Origin: Lingula anatina
Lineage: Eukaryota > Animalia > Brachiopoda
Assembly (NCBI GenBank): GCA_051362555.1
Contig: CM120643.1
Location: 25,114,848 to 25,178,847 of the forward strand
Length of the DNA: 64,000 nt
Direction: 5' to 3'
The notes beneath the pieces were generated by a model, which worked only from the letters and a program-made list of their open reading frames with translations, did no database searches and was not told where the DNA came from. The position numbers were made by a program, and so were the translations under genes. How positions within the stretch are numbered: position 1 is the stretch's first letter; each line of letters begins with the position of its first letter. This document shows positions 37,304 to 49,900 of the stretch, piece after piece.

Positions 37304-39443
37304 GGTACATCAAAATTGTAATGGTACATCAAAATTGACAACAATTTTTTTGCACTGCTACTGCAAACATTATGAAAAGAAAACTGTGTAACTTATTATT
37401 ATTTTTAACTTACAAGTATGATTTTTAGGATTGGCATGTAGTTCAAATTAGAAAGCCAGGTCAATTGGGTTATCATTTATTATTGAATTTATGCAATTTT
37501 GTGTGAAAATTTCATTTTTCTCATTCTGGCACTTTCTAAGTATAAACTTGAACTTTGATGGGCCTGAAGCCTTATGGTTTTACTTTTGTTGATGTTACCT
37601 GTTGTGCATAATTAAAATTTGATGTTGACTGTGCAGTTAAACATAATGTATTATTGCATCAGAATTGGTAGTCACCTATTTTGTGCATTATTGTTTTGTG
37701 CTTTTCTTAAGATGTGACTTATGGGCCTGAAAGACCTTTGAGAGGGTCAGTCTATAAATTTCCCTTGGGTATCACTTAGCTAAGTTATAAAATCATTTGC
37801 CTAATTAATAGGCCATTAAATGAGATTACATAAAGCACACTTGTTGATATTTCCCTGTAAACTGCCAAAGGTTAAGCTCTCTGCTAGATAAATAATAAGG
37901 AAGCAGTGATAATTATACAGGTAAATTATGCAGGTAATTATATATATACATATACATATATATATATATATCAAACTTGAAGATAAAAAGTTTGAATAGC
38001 AGCTTCATTGGAATTATATTTACCTCAGGCTCTGCCAAGGAGGTTATAGTTTGTCTGTCATCAACATAACTCAAAAGTTATGGACCGATTTTGCTGAAAT
38101 TTTCAGGAACTGTCAGAAGTGGGCCAAAGAGGACAATGATTAGTTTTGGTGGTGGTCTGGCTCAATAATCAATCAATAATAATCAACAATTGCTGCCTTG
38201 GCAGAGGTCTGCACTCTCGGAGTGCTTTTCTAGTTTTGTTATGTTTCCTTTATAATTTTTTCTCAAACACTGCATTTGTGACTTTTAACTCTCATCCACC
38301 TGAGGCTCTGCACATTTTCTGTATTTCCACATAAGCAGTTGTTTTTTATGTCTTTAAATAAACATAATAATGTAATAAAATGTAATATTATTTTATGCAC
38401 TATCATCATTTTTCAAATATTGAGACTTTCATCATGTGACTTTGGTCTCTCATGGTCCTGAAACTGTAATCTTATTTAAGGGGTGGATTGAGACCATCTT
38501 CTGGGTCTTCCGGAAGACAGTCAGGTTATTAAGTTTATATTGACTGGTATCTTTCTTTTCTGTTGGAAGACCATCAAAATGGAGGATGGATCAACATAGA
38601 TACTTTGGAATACTGTCAGAAAATATCTCAGGGTCCGCTCCTGTTATTGACCATGTTACCTGTTGTGCATGATTAAAATTCAATGTTGACTGATAATGCT
38701 ATTATAAGCATTATTTATTTTTGCATCAAAATTGACAAAATGACCTTTTTTGCATCTTTATTTTCTGTTTTTTGTCTGTACATTTGACAGCTTTGCTGCC
38801 TTGTTTCTGATCAAAGATGTGTATTGATGAGATACAATGATAGAAAAAAAAAGAAAGATTTTTAAAAACCTTACACCTATTCCTGTCACATTTTCCCCTC
38901 TACGCTTAGTGCAATGTGCTCTGCATATAACATGGAAAAAGAAATGTACCCAATACACATTATTGGAACTGCAATTAGATGTGCTACAGAACAATTATGA
39001 CCATTACCGAAGATTGACAAATTACGATGTAAGACTTTTTCCATAAATATAAAAAGGAATTTATATGGGTCTTTTGGGGGCCTCTAAGCAGGAGGGGTTA
39101 ATCATCAGGTTCTGTTACAAAATCTGTTGTCTCCATCTACAATTAATCAGCAGATTTTGAAAAAAAAATGTGTTAAAATTTCAGCTAGATTATCAGTGGC
39201 ATATGTACAAACAACCAAACAAAAACTACAACCCATTATTACTTTGTAAAAAATGAATTTATTTATAACCACTGCAGAATTGCACTGCAGTTGTGCTTAC
39301 CTTTCCAGATTCTGTTCAGGATGAAAATTACAAAGAGAGTGACAGCTCTCATGACAGTGATGAGGGTGATGTTAGTGAAGAAGATACTACTTGCCCCAAG
39401 GACACCAAATAAATGACTAAAAGACGCTGGCTACCAGAGGAAA

Positions 39444-39880
39444 ATGAGATCCTCTACAAAACATTATTCTTTCGATTTTGCCCAGCAGGTGCATTATCCC
39501 AGCAATGCTGCACAACCAGGACCAATTTATTTTTTAACACCAAGGAAATGTGCCATATACGTTATCTGTTGTGAGGCACTGCCTCAACAGGTAAATTATC
39601 TGATCGATGAAAGTGTCAATTGCTCTAAAGGTTCAAATGCTGTTATTGGTTTTTTGCATCACTTTTTGAGACATGTGGTCTGGGGGAGAAGGGTGCATTG
39701 TGATATTTGTTCAGGTCAAAACAACAACAGATATGTTTCATATTATTTTTGTTGGCGAGTTATGAGGGGCATGCACACTGAGGTTACTCTTAAACAAAAA
39801 CAGATATGTTTTATAATATTTTTGTTGGTGAGTTATGAGGGGCATGCACACTGAGGTTACTCTTAACTTTATGCCTCCAG
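39444..39880 (+). pseudogene. Sola-like DNA transposase fragment
   Basis: HYSFDFAQQVHYP..QPGPIYFLTPRKC, YLIDES..KGSNAV and D.CSGQN.N motifs. Frameshifted, with a ~65-bp local duplication (39730/39801), and truncated at 39881. Confidence 0.65.
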
Positions 39881-41789
39881 TATGGCACACCAAACCGGAA
39901 AAAAATCAAGACGGATAATTTCATGCCAAGACTTCAAAAATTCATTCAAGATCTCACAATATCATTCCAAGATAGAATTTCGGAGAGCCAAGATAATTAA
40001 CAGCATCCAATATTATACTTTTGTTCTCACGTGATTATTTCAAGACTCAAATGCTGATGTCATCACAACAAACATGGCAGCACCCATACATGGCCATACT
40101 GCATGTACTGTTTGTTTTCTGAAGACAAGACAGGCGTTTTACATTGGCTGCTATGGGCTCCAGGCCACAGAACGAGGAAATCAATTTTCTGCTTTCAATG
40201 CCGCAGTTTGCAGCCGAGGCCAAGGGCAGGAATAACACATTCGACATCAACGTTGCTGAATATTATACGAGGAAAATCTGACTTGTACTCAAGTATGCTG
40301 AGTGTTCTTGTTGACCACGCTGATTCAATTCAAGAACATGAAGAAGACAAGGCCCGAGTGGACGAACTAAATTTATGCATATTTTTTTCTTCAGTTAAAT
40401 AGGTTGTTGTCAAATTCGACGATGGGCTCCTAAGTCATATCACTCAAGGCCGATAATGAAGGGTGTGAAGAGGGTTATGCATCTGGTCAAGAGGGCTGTC
40501 TCTCAGCTGGTGACATAAAAAAATTATAAACTTTTACAACAAATTTAATAATAATGAGATACTGATACATGATACTTTCTTTCATTACATACAGATGAAA
40601 GACACTACACTCCTGCTTACCACAGATATGGAAGTATGGCAACCGTCATCAACTGTTGTACAGTGTATCTATGAAGTCCAGAAATCTGATGTCTAATTTC
40701 ATGGTTTGATCCACCTTGGGCATGTTTGGCATGTAAAGCTTTATCTAGATAAAAAGTTCCTGTCCTGCTTGTGTTGATGCACATTTCTACAGTTGAGTAT
40801 TGTTTATGTATTGCTGTTCATATCAATTCTACCCATTTGTTACAACACAGAAGAAAAGAAGGAAAGAAGAAAGAAGTGAAATAAGTGGGAGAAAGAAGAA
40901 AAGAAGATGGAGAACAACAATGAAAGTGAGTTAGAAATTTTAATTTTAAGAATGTAAGTGGGAAAAGTGTGCATGCTGTAACTTCTGCAGATGATACCAT
41001 GCAAGATGGAGAGAATCTTAGATTTTCTACACCCAGATCTCTCGTCCCGATTATCAACCTTTTTCACTTCTGAGGCATATAATCTCCAAAAGTCACAAGG
41101 CCACAACAGAGGACAATAAAGGTAAAGAAACCTTTAAAAAGGTGATTAACAACACTTAAAAAGCATGTGACGATGGATTGACAAAACAGTTTCGAATTTG
41201 CAAATTTTTTAGCTTCCAAAATTCTGGCTTTTGACTTATATGGGGACTTGTGCACCCTGCAACACATGCGTGGGCACTACACTTCGTCAGGAACTGTGTC
41301 AGAGATTGTTGCGTGCATTTCTCAAAGCATTAATGATGACGCTAGTCTTTTATTAACAGCGTCCCAGATGGAGAGCGAAATTCAAAACACAAGGCAGCAT
41401 AAAGGGCAAAGTGTTGGAAATAATGATCCCCAGGATAATTACCAGAAATCGATTACGTGAGGTGCAACTGGAGCACTGATAAAAATAACAATAAATGGAT
41501 CATATTTTGCCCAATTTGATTATACACAAGCCGAAGCAAATTTCTGTGACAAAGACAGAGACAGGCGACAAAGACTTCAACATCTAACTTTTTGTTGCAA
41601 TGATAATTTTAGGTAGAATCTTAGTCTGAGAGAAGGTAACTATAACTTTATTTTAGATACAAATAGTGTTTTATGTAATTTTGGTAAATATAATGCGTGT
41701 CCCACATATGGTGCAATTGGCACATATGTTGTTAAAAAGGAACACATTCTTCTAATAAATGAACTTTCAAGAAGTGACAAGACTCCACC

Positions 41790-41998
41790 TATCCATTCAC
41801 CCTCACTGGGGGGACAGCTGTGTTCTACAATCCAGACACGTGGCCAGACCCCAAAGAGATGCCCGCTCTGAAAAGAATGGGACTTGTGCTGGCTGTGGGG
41901 CTCCTCCCCAAGAAGGAAGCCAGCGAGGCGCAGTTTAAGCAACTGGAAACTCTACTTGCCTCCCGGATGTTTCCACTGTAGGAGAAGTGGGGATTGAT
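41790..41998 (+). pseudogene. TatD-like nuclease fragment
   Basis: GGTAVFYNPDTWP..LAVG..PK.A...FKQLETLL, then a frameshift to PDVSTVGEVGID (TatD GE.G.D motif). Confidence 0.5.
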
Positions 41999-42029
41999 AC
42001 ATTATTATATTGATAACATACACATGTCC

Positions 42030-42118
42030 ATAACTGCTTATACAAATTGAAAAAGTCATTGCCTGGATTGAAACAGTCTGGGAGAAATTGGAATATTCTG
42101 TTGCACAATTACTATAAT
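42030..42118 (+). pseudogene. Copia reverse transcriptase fragment
   Basis: CLYKLKKSLPGLKQSGRNWN matches the Copia RT motif LKKSLYGLKQ. Confidence 0.65.
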
Positions 42119-42609
42119 TTTCAAAGTTCAGGGAATACTCTGAGAGGTGGTATATATTTGACAATCATATACACTAAAAACCCAACTCAAAATGAATTTT
42201 GTGACATGAGCAAGATCCTTTACAAGCATACAAAACAGCAATCTAAACTAACATCTTGGTTGTGGAAATAAATACATTTAGTTTGATTTTGTTGACATCA
42301 TCACATCTTTTTCTATAGTACTTGGCCTTGTCTTGTCATGACCTCCAACTAAAACAAAGGTCTTCTTGACATCATGTCTTATCATCTAATTCCTGTATTG
42401 TAATGTAAATCACAGGTACTTGACACAAGCTGGAAAGCAGATTGATGTGAGTACATGTTGTTACTCACTGACCACTAGGTGAAAACATTTTCCAACTTGT
42501 GTCTTATAATAAGGTATTATTTTCAAATACCAAGGTAACAAACATTTTCAGCTTAATCCCCCTATTGCTAGGACATCACATCTTCCAGCCTACATGCAAC
42601 CACGGAACC

Positions 42610-43010
42610 TTACGTCATACTGTACGGTGTCACATCTTCTAACTTACTGCAATCATTGTCCACATATTCTATGATGACGCTGCTCCCACTGCACAGCTCG
42701 GGTAACCCAGGGGTCAGTTCAGGATGACCAGGAGCCATCAGTGAGTCCAGGGAAGCGTCCATGGGCAGTATGACACCTTCCTCAGCATCAAACAGTCTCA
42801 GTTTCTGTAACATAAAAATGGTTGTGCCTACTGAATCAAGTTATCAAACTTGAATAGTCATGTTAAGAAACGTCTGCCAAGGTATATATTACAATAAGAT
42901 GTCAATGTATAACATTCAAAAATGTTTAATATAAGAAACATATAGATGCACTGATAATTATTTTGCAATGCAGTAAAAAAAATTGAAAGACTTGTCTTTA
43001 GAGTGCAGGC

Positions 43011-43050
<40 letters not shown>

Positions 43051-46000
43051 TAAAGCAAAATTGTATTGGATCAATGTGACCAAAGAAATAATAATAATTT
43101 GCTGAAGCCACCTCTGTCCTATTCTCTGTTCACAATTGCTACCAAAATTGATATTTCAGTGACGTTGGTCTTTATTTACACCAACCTTTGCTACAGCTAC
43201 GTTATTGTCATTTTTCAGTTTAGCGATTTCTGCAATTTTGTCTACTATTCTTCCAATTGTCCACTTCTGAAACGAAAATTCCAGTCCATAAGCTATGACA
43301 AAATCATTATCAATGCAAAAAGAAGACACAAAACTGAGCCTGATCAAATGGTGCCCGCTTGTGAAACTGACACAGGTGGAATCCATAAGCAAGCTCTTTC
43401 CCTCCGAAACAATTCATAAATCTTAGATAAAAAAACAGAATACAAACTGATAAAAATTTGTAAGCCCCATCATTAGTACAATCATAAGTACACATCATTA
43501 TGTAAATTTATACAGACCTGAGACCAAACAATATGCCTCACAAAATGACTACAAAAAACATGCTCTTTTCAACTATCTACAACAGTGACATATTATTTAC
43601 ATGTGCCATTTTATGCAGAAGATTTCTCCATTAACCACAACAACCCCCACCTTTGAAAAATACATAGGGCAGTTTTTCTCTGCATTGCCCTGTGGCAGGA
43701 GCACCTGTATATACACTTTCTCCGTCTCTGGGATGCCTTTATCCCCAACAGCTTTCATCTTCATTTTCATTAGGGCCACTTTGGCAGCAGTCTTCCTGGA
43801 CTTTGCCCCTTGTTTCTTTACAGGCTTTGATTTTTGTGACTCTTAAAATGAATAAAAGTCGATCATGATAATACTTATAATAATAATACTAATCTCTTTT
43901 GCTTCAAACATATCTTTCTTTGTGACAACCCCACCAGATGGTTCATAACTACTATATTGCAAATTTTGGATTGAAATTAAAAAGAAATTCACCAACTTTT
44001 GTACAAATGCAAATGCAACTGAAAAAAAAAGATGTTGAAGGAAGAAAAGTAAGGAGATTAAATTACAAAGACTCTGTCTCCCTACCTACTATCTGTTTGA
44101 CATGCTCCGCTGTCTTGGCCATCTTAGGTGATGGTGGTCTCAGCTCAGGACAGTCATGGTCCACTTGGTGTCTGTGGCTGAAATATCAACCCATAGAATA
44201 GGGTTTATCATAGGAGAAACACACCGAGACTTGCTTGACAAGAAGTCTGAAAACTTTGGCCTTAGCTTGGACTTGTTTTAAGGGTTCATTCCCAATGAAA
44301 CTATTGTTCTAGGTAGATCGATCCAACTCCACATGGACTCTCACTAAACACAATCAGATTAACACGCCTCCTCCTGGTGTTGAGTAGAATACAGAAAAGC
44401 TGGTGATTATGCAAATATGGGGGAAACAAGGTGTGTTAATCTGTTAATCTGATTTCATTCAGTGAGAGTTTTCGCAGAGTTGCATTGATCTACAAAGAAA
44501 GATGAACCCAAAAATACTAAAGTGATACGCTGTGTTGGTCAACATGCTGGGATGTGTCCCATTTTTTTTAAGTCCAGTAAGTTTTTGTTTCTATCTTAAA
44601 GACTATGACAAAATTCTGCCTGACAAATCTCTCTTACTGTACTTGTTCTAAAATCTGCCTTCAAGTTGGTTTCAGCAAGGTATGTATGAAATCCACTTTG
44701 TGCTATCACATACAGCTTGCTGACACATGGTGTATCTCGATTATGTTATAGAATGTCACTACACTATCACATCTATATTATTAAATTATTATGTGACAGA
44801 GCTGTTAGATAAACTTCACTAAGATTTCAATTAGCTCAATACTTGGGAATCCTTGACACACTATTGTGAAAACTGACTATTTGAGTCCAATATGTTACCA
44901 AACTTCTAAATCTAGTATTAATTCTGTTGGCAAACAATACTTCCTTTTTTTTCATTACCAGTGACCTCTGCTTACCTGAGACAGAAGTTGAGGTGACAGT
45001 GTGGACAGACAATAGGTGTCAGCTCCCGATTGGTACAGTCTTGGACAGTACAGTGGTGACCTCTAGGGCCAGAATACTCTGGGTGAGACACACTGACATT
45101 GCACTGGAACAGGAGTATCATGGTGAGAGTGGCATTGTTACTCAATGGTGAAATATATACATTGAAATTAAATTTATGCAAGGAATCAAAATGTCACAAA
45201 AAACAAAGAGTTGCAATAAGCCAAATAAACCAGGCCACACTAGGCAATTCAAAAAACACTTTTCATCAACTGTCAAAGATTAGTACTGGAAAAAAGATTG
45301 ACCAGAGAAAATTGCACTTATTTGTTCACTTTTTACTGAAGTAACATTAGAGAAAAGACATCTTATGATAAAAGCAAAGGTAAAGTTGCTAAAGATTAAT
45401 AATTGCACCACCCTGTATGCAGTGACAATTGTATCTTGTTTTTTGTTTAAATGTCTTCAAATGTCCTACTTGACAAGACAATGAAAACTTAAACTGTGGC
45501 ATATGAAAGTATTATAGAATGCATATTAAGTGATTTGGAATTTAGTCACAAGTTTGTCACATTTGGTCAGGTTTATCACTGATGTTATGAAAAAGTAGGC
45601 ACAATGTTTTTTCTAAAAATAACCTACATTACCATTACTTTCCGAAAATTCACAACAGCAGTGGTTACAAATAAGCCACATATGATAACCACTATGTCAC
45701 TTACCTTTGTACATGAATGTGCATCTTCTGATTTATGGTTCTTACTAAAAATACAATTAAAATGGAAAATGCCACACCTTTTCTGTTACCAAAGGCAAAA
45801 AATAAACTAAAAAAATCATCAAATACTTAATAATAACATGGAAGATCAAACCATGTTTCATTTTCTTCATGAGTAGTAAGTTCTTATATTCTACATATCC
45901 CTATAATTCTTTTTCACTATTTCTGTCTGAGAAGATACAAATAATACTACTACTAATAAAAGATATCAAAATATGTGTTGCTACCTGGTTGTTATTTAAT

Positions 46001-46541
46001 TGCTTACACAATAATGATAATGTTAACTTATTCTTTACAGAATACGTTTTAGAAAAATGTATGCATCTACATTTTTTATTATTGAGTCTTTAAATAAATG
46101 TGGAATAACTGGCATACCAAAACTTCTTGGAACAGCTAGTGCATTCAAATGACAGGAAATCTGGAAGTGAAAGGTTATTAAATTTCGTGAGAAATGGGAG
46201 AGCAATAAAAAATATGACTTTGTAAAATTCAGCCTATTTCTCCTAATTCTGTTATGAGCCTGTAACCGCGAACAGTCGGAAGTTTTGAGTGGGATACCAA
46301 CACGTGTTGTTATCGTCACGTGCTACTGCTAGTGTTGAGCACGTTGAACTGGGAGTTGCAGCAAAATGAAAGTAATTTTACCCTGCAGCATGAACGTTAC
46401 AAAAGAAAAAAATTCAACAGGCGAACGTCCCCTCGACACGCAGCACTACAACACAAACTAACCTAATTGACCACAGGAAGGGAATTCACAGTGCTCTCCA
46501 ATTAAAGGAACGTCGCCAAGATCTTCAGCGTTGTCAGCCAT
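42610..46541 (-). CDS. ZFAND1: AN1-type zinc finger protein 1 (~282 aa, 8 exons)
   Basis: Exons 46463-46541, 46118-46160, 45705-45744, 44976-45103, 44086-44177, 43651-43841, 43186-43266 and 42610-42804. All GT-AG; total 849 nt in frame. Motifs IGEHC..C.QLDFL..C..C...FC..H, second AN1 finger, AKVALMKMK.KA.GD, KWTIGRIVD and GSSVIIEY. Confidence 0.93.
43011..43046. repeat. (AAT)n microsatellite in ZFAND1 intron
   Basis: Direct reading. Confidence 0.9.
44282..44509. mobile_element. Harbinger-type palindromic MITE (family of 55767) in ZFAND1 intron
   Basis: gggttcattcccaat...gatgaaccc; shares gatcgatccaactccac core with the 55767-55977 element. Confidence 0.55.
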
Positions 46542-46912
46542 TTTAAAGTTCCCAGAAATTACGATCAAGACAAGCCCAAGTCATGTAACTGTTTATTTTT
46601 TATTCTTTACATAAATTGTGTATCAAAGACAAAGAAACAAACCATAATTATAGTATAATTAATACCATTAACAATGAAAGATTTACATATTTACTAAATC
46701 AAGTAATCTCCATTGCATCATTTTTGTGCAATCCAGGCCAATAACTTATTTACTCCGTAGCATCTAGTCGCTTTCCATGTGAGGAGTCTGATGCAAGAAA
46801 TGGCCATGAATTAGCTGTAATTTGGCAATTATTAGTGCGTATCCCCTGTAAACGAGAGTAGGAAACGAAGAAGTGTCCGTTCCGGTGTGTTCTGACGCAA
46901 TTTTAGCCCAAA
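46542..46912. promoter_or_regulatory. Bidirectional promoter region for ZFAND1 / EIF2S2
   Basis: Divergent start codons 371 bp apart. CpG-enriched; ETS-like TTCCGG at ~46880; YY1-like AAAATGGC overlaps both ATGs. Confidence 0.7.
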
Positions 46913-49900
46913 ATGGCCGAAGACGAAGCGGTAAGATTGATTTCATTTTCTACGCATTTCAGCAATATGTCAGCTGCCATTATTAATGAACGTATAACGT
47001 GAAACGTTACACGCATACAGGGATTTCGTTTAAGCCTTTTAAAAATTATACCGGTATTGCTACCTTGCATGAAATTTGTTATTTGAATGTCTCCTTGTTA
47101 ATTAATGTGACGAATAAATTCAATATTTTGTTATTGCGATGCTTAGGCGAGTCATTTTTGCTAGAAATAAAGCGGTTCCGTGTTTCTGCGTCCCAGCTGT
47201 TTTCTACCGATTCTGCTGTGAATAACTTAAAATAAATCGAGGGAGACTGAGGCACTTGTTTATTAATTGCCAAATGTTTATAATTACTTTCAAAACCAAT
47301 ATTAAAATAAAGTTTATTTCTGAATGTTGTTAGCTACATTAGTTACAAATGCTTTCTTGGCAGAAGTATTTCAGAGCTAGCTTGTTGCTCTAACCAAGTC
47401 TGTTTCCACTAGCAGGACATTTGATAGTTCTGATAGCAAAGTTTTAAAACTATACAATTTCTATGCCGTGATTGAAAGCAACTCTGTAATAGCTTTCGTC
47501 CTTTAATAATAATAAAAATTTAACTATTATAAATAACATTACTACCTAAATCCATTTCCATTAGAGTGGTCCGATTAACATTCCACCAACATTATTTATA
47601 ACTTGGTTTCATTATAACTCGGAAATGTCATCACATCAAACTTTTTTTTTCTATTTCCAGATATTTGACCCTTCTCTGAAGAAGAAGAAGAAAAAGAAGA
47701 AGACTCCGTTTGATATGGAGGCTGCCATGAGTGGGGAGACGGCAGAACCTGCACCAGAAGAAGAAACCAAAGAGGAGGAAGAAACGGAGGAAAAGGAGGC
47801 TGTAGATGATGAAGGTATTTTGTATATTTTATACATATACTAAATAACACATGTGACACCCAATTGTGATGATTTTTCTCTCTCATCTTAAATATTTCAA
47901 ATTGAGGTTATATCTAATGCATGCATGTCATTGCTATCAAAAGTTGTGACAAGCTTTTAATAAAAAAAAAAGTTGCATTGCCCCCCACAGATAGAAACTG
48001 AGAGTGACACTGTTCTACATTTTACTATGACTATTAAATTGATGTAATCATCTGGAAGAGGGTCTTTCAGAGAGTCTCTTCACTATTACATCATCCCTCT
48101 TGGACTAATAAAGTATGTCATCCTGTAATAAGCTGTTGGAATACTCGTTTAAAATGTATTTCTTGTGTTTGCAGATCTGAATTTGGACGACTTCACAAAT
48201 ATGAAAAAGAAGAAGAAAAAGAAGAAGAAACCTTTAGATATGGATGAGTTGAGCGAGGCTCTACCAGTAAGTTTTAGGAGATCAGTAACATTTTCATCAT
48301 AATCATCATCATCATCACTTCAAAGTACCAAAAGTTCAAACTTATCATTGATGGCCTCCGTCTACTTTTAACGGTATATTTGCTTATATTGTGTACTCTG
48401 TCAACTATTATTTTTAAAATTTTATTATTTCGAGCTTATTCTAAAGACGTAAATAAAACAAGTTTTCTGTGTCAGTTACTGTCTTATTGTGATTTGGGTA
48501 TGATATTTAGGTATCGGAGGTTTTCAAATCCAGTAGTTCGTTTGCAGCTTTTTTGCCGACCCTTGCTGAAATAGTTAAACAATAAAGATATTAAGTTTTG
48601 AAGATGATGCAAGTACTGTAAAAACAGTGCAACTCTTAGGGTTGTCATTAGATCGTAGACCTTTGAAACTTTGAACATGAAGATTACATTTTGTGCGGGT
48701 GTGTAATGCAGTATCATAATGTTTCTGTGAGTCACAATTGTGGAATATTTAGAATAAACAACTGTTTGTCTTATTCATGTTTTTTCCCTCATATTTAGGA
48801 AAATGAAGACAAAGACGAGGATGGAAGTAAACAGGAGAGTTCAAACTTAGCAGACAATGATGACTTTGGGGATGACTTTGACCTTCTTAGCACAAAGAAG
48901 AAGAAAAAGAAGAAGGTGAAGATCAACATGGATGACCTTGGTTCAGAGGACACAGTGGACGCTGGAGAAGACAGTGGTCAGTTCAGCAATCTGTAGCAAT
49001 AGCCGCAGTAATTAGCTTGACTAGTTTAAAACTGCTTGCCCAATCTAACTAGTGGATTTTTTTAATTGGCTATTTTAGATTATATTGTAAGTTGTCTATA
49101 GATTTTATTGTTGTACTTGCAATTTGGTTAGTCTACTTTTTTAGATCTGCTGGTCGGAAAGATCAGTGGACTGAAAATTGTAAGTGCATTGCATACTGAG
49201 ACTGGTATACGGATATGAATAATTTTTCCTTCAATTTTTCTAACAACTATATCTGTTAACTCTAAGGTTTTCAAAGGGTAGTCAAAGTGGAACTAGCAAT
49301 ATCTCTGCTGAATTGATTATTTGGGGGGTTATTTGAATTATAACAGTGGAGGAAATTTTCAGAATTTTTAATGTGGATTGATCAGATCATCTCTTTTCAT
49401 CTTCCAGCTAAGACAGTGTCCAGTTCAAGCTCACAGACTTGGTTGGATTCAGAAAGAGATTACACATATGATGAGGTATTTAAGTTAAAAAATTATTGTT
49501 TTATTTTCTGCTGAAGATAAAAGTTTTAAAGAAACACTATCCCATAAAATGCATGACGCTTAGTAAGTTAGATTTATTTTCTTTATCTCATTTTGTTTTG
49601 GTGTTCCAAAATTTTGATGTTTGAAACTGAACCTGTTTAAATATTTAACACGTTAAGCTCATTATTCTGATCAGTTTGGAAATTAGCTTCATGTTGGAAT
49701 GATAAATAGGTTACATATTGTCATGACAAAATATTAGTGATTTTTCTTAACCACACTAAATTTTAATATTTGTTCCAGCTTCTCACACGAGTGTTTGACA
49801 TCATGAGAGAGAAGAACCCTGACATGGTGGCCGGAGAAAAAAAGAAAATTGTGATGAAGCCCCCACAGGTCATGAGGGTTGGCACCAAGAAAAGCTCTTT

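Larger units (their letters stand above)
22762..38805 (+). mobile_element. Composite HINE, plus orientation (heads at 22762, 23904, 30357, partial 30719; single tail at 38805), with nested insertions
   Basis: TTTTT + 13-bp hairpin tatgtacagacac-agat-gtgtctgtacata + (CGT/CGC)n microsatellite. ~161-bp and ~337-bp internal repeats. Ends gtctgtacatttgacagctttgctgccttgtt. Confidence 0.75.

Noticed and set aside
16955-38805. ~450-bp inverted repeats at both ends suggesting one giant 22-kb TIR transposon
   Set aside because: They are the tails of two divergently oriented HINEs, each with its own head (21776, 22762). The same tail also occurs internally at 32406, and no TSD is visible.
40047-41460. 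Several short ORFs between the Sola-like and TatD-like fragments
   Set aside because: No motif could be recognised; probably decayed TE debris.
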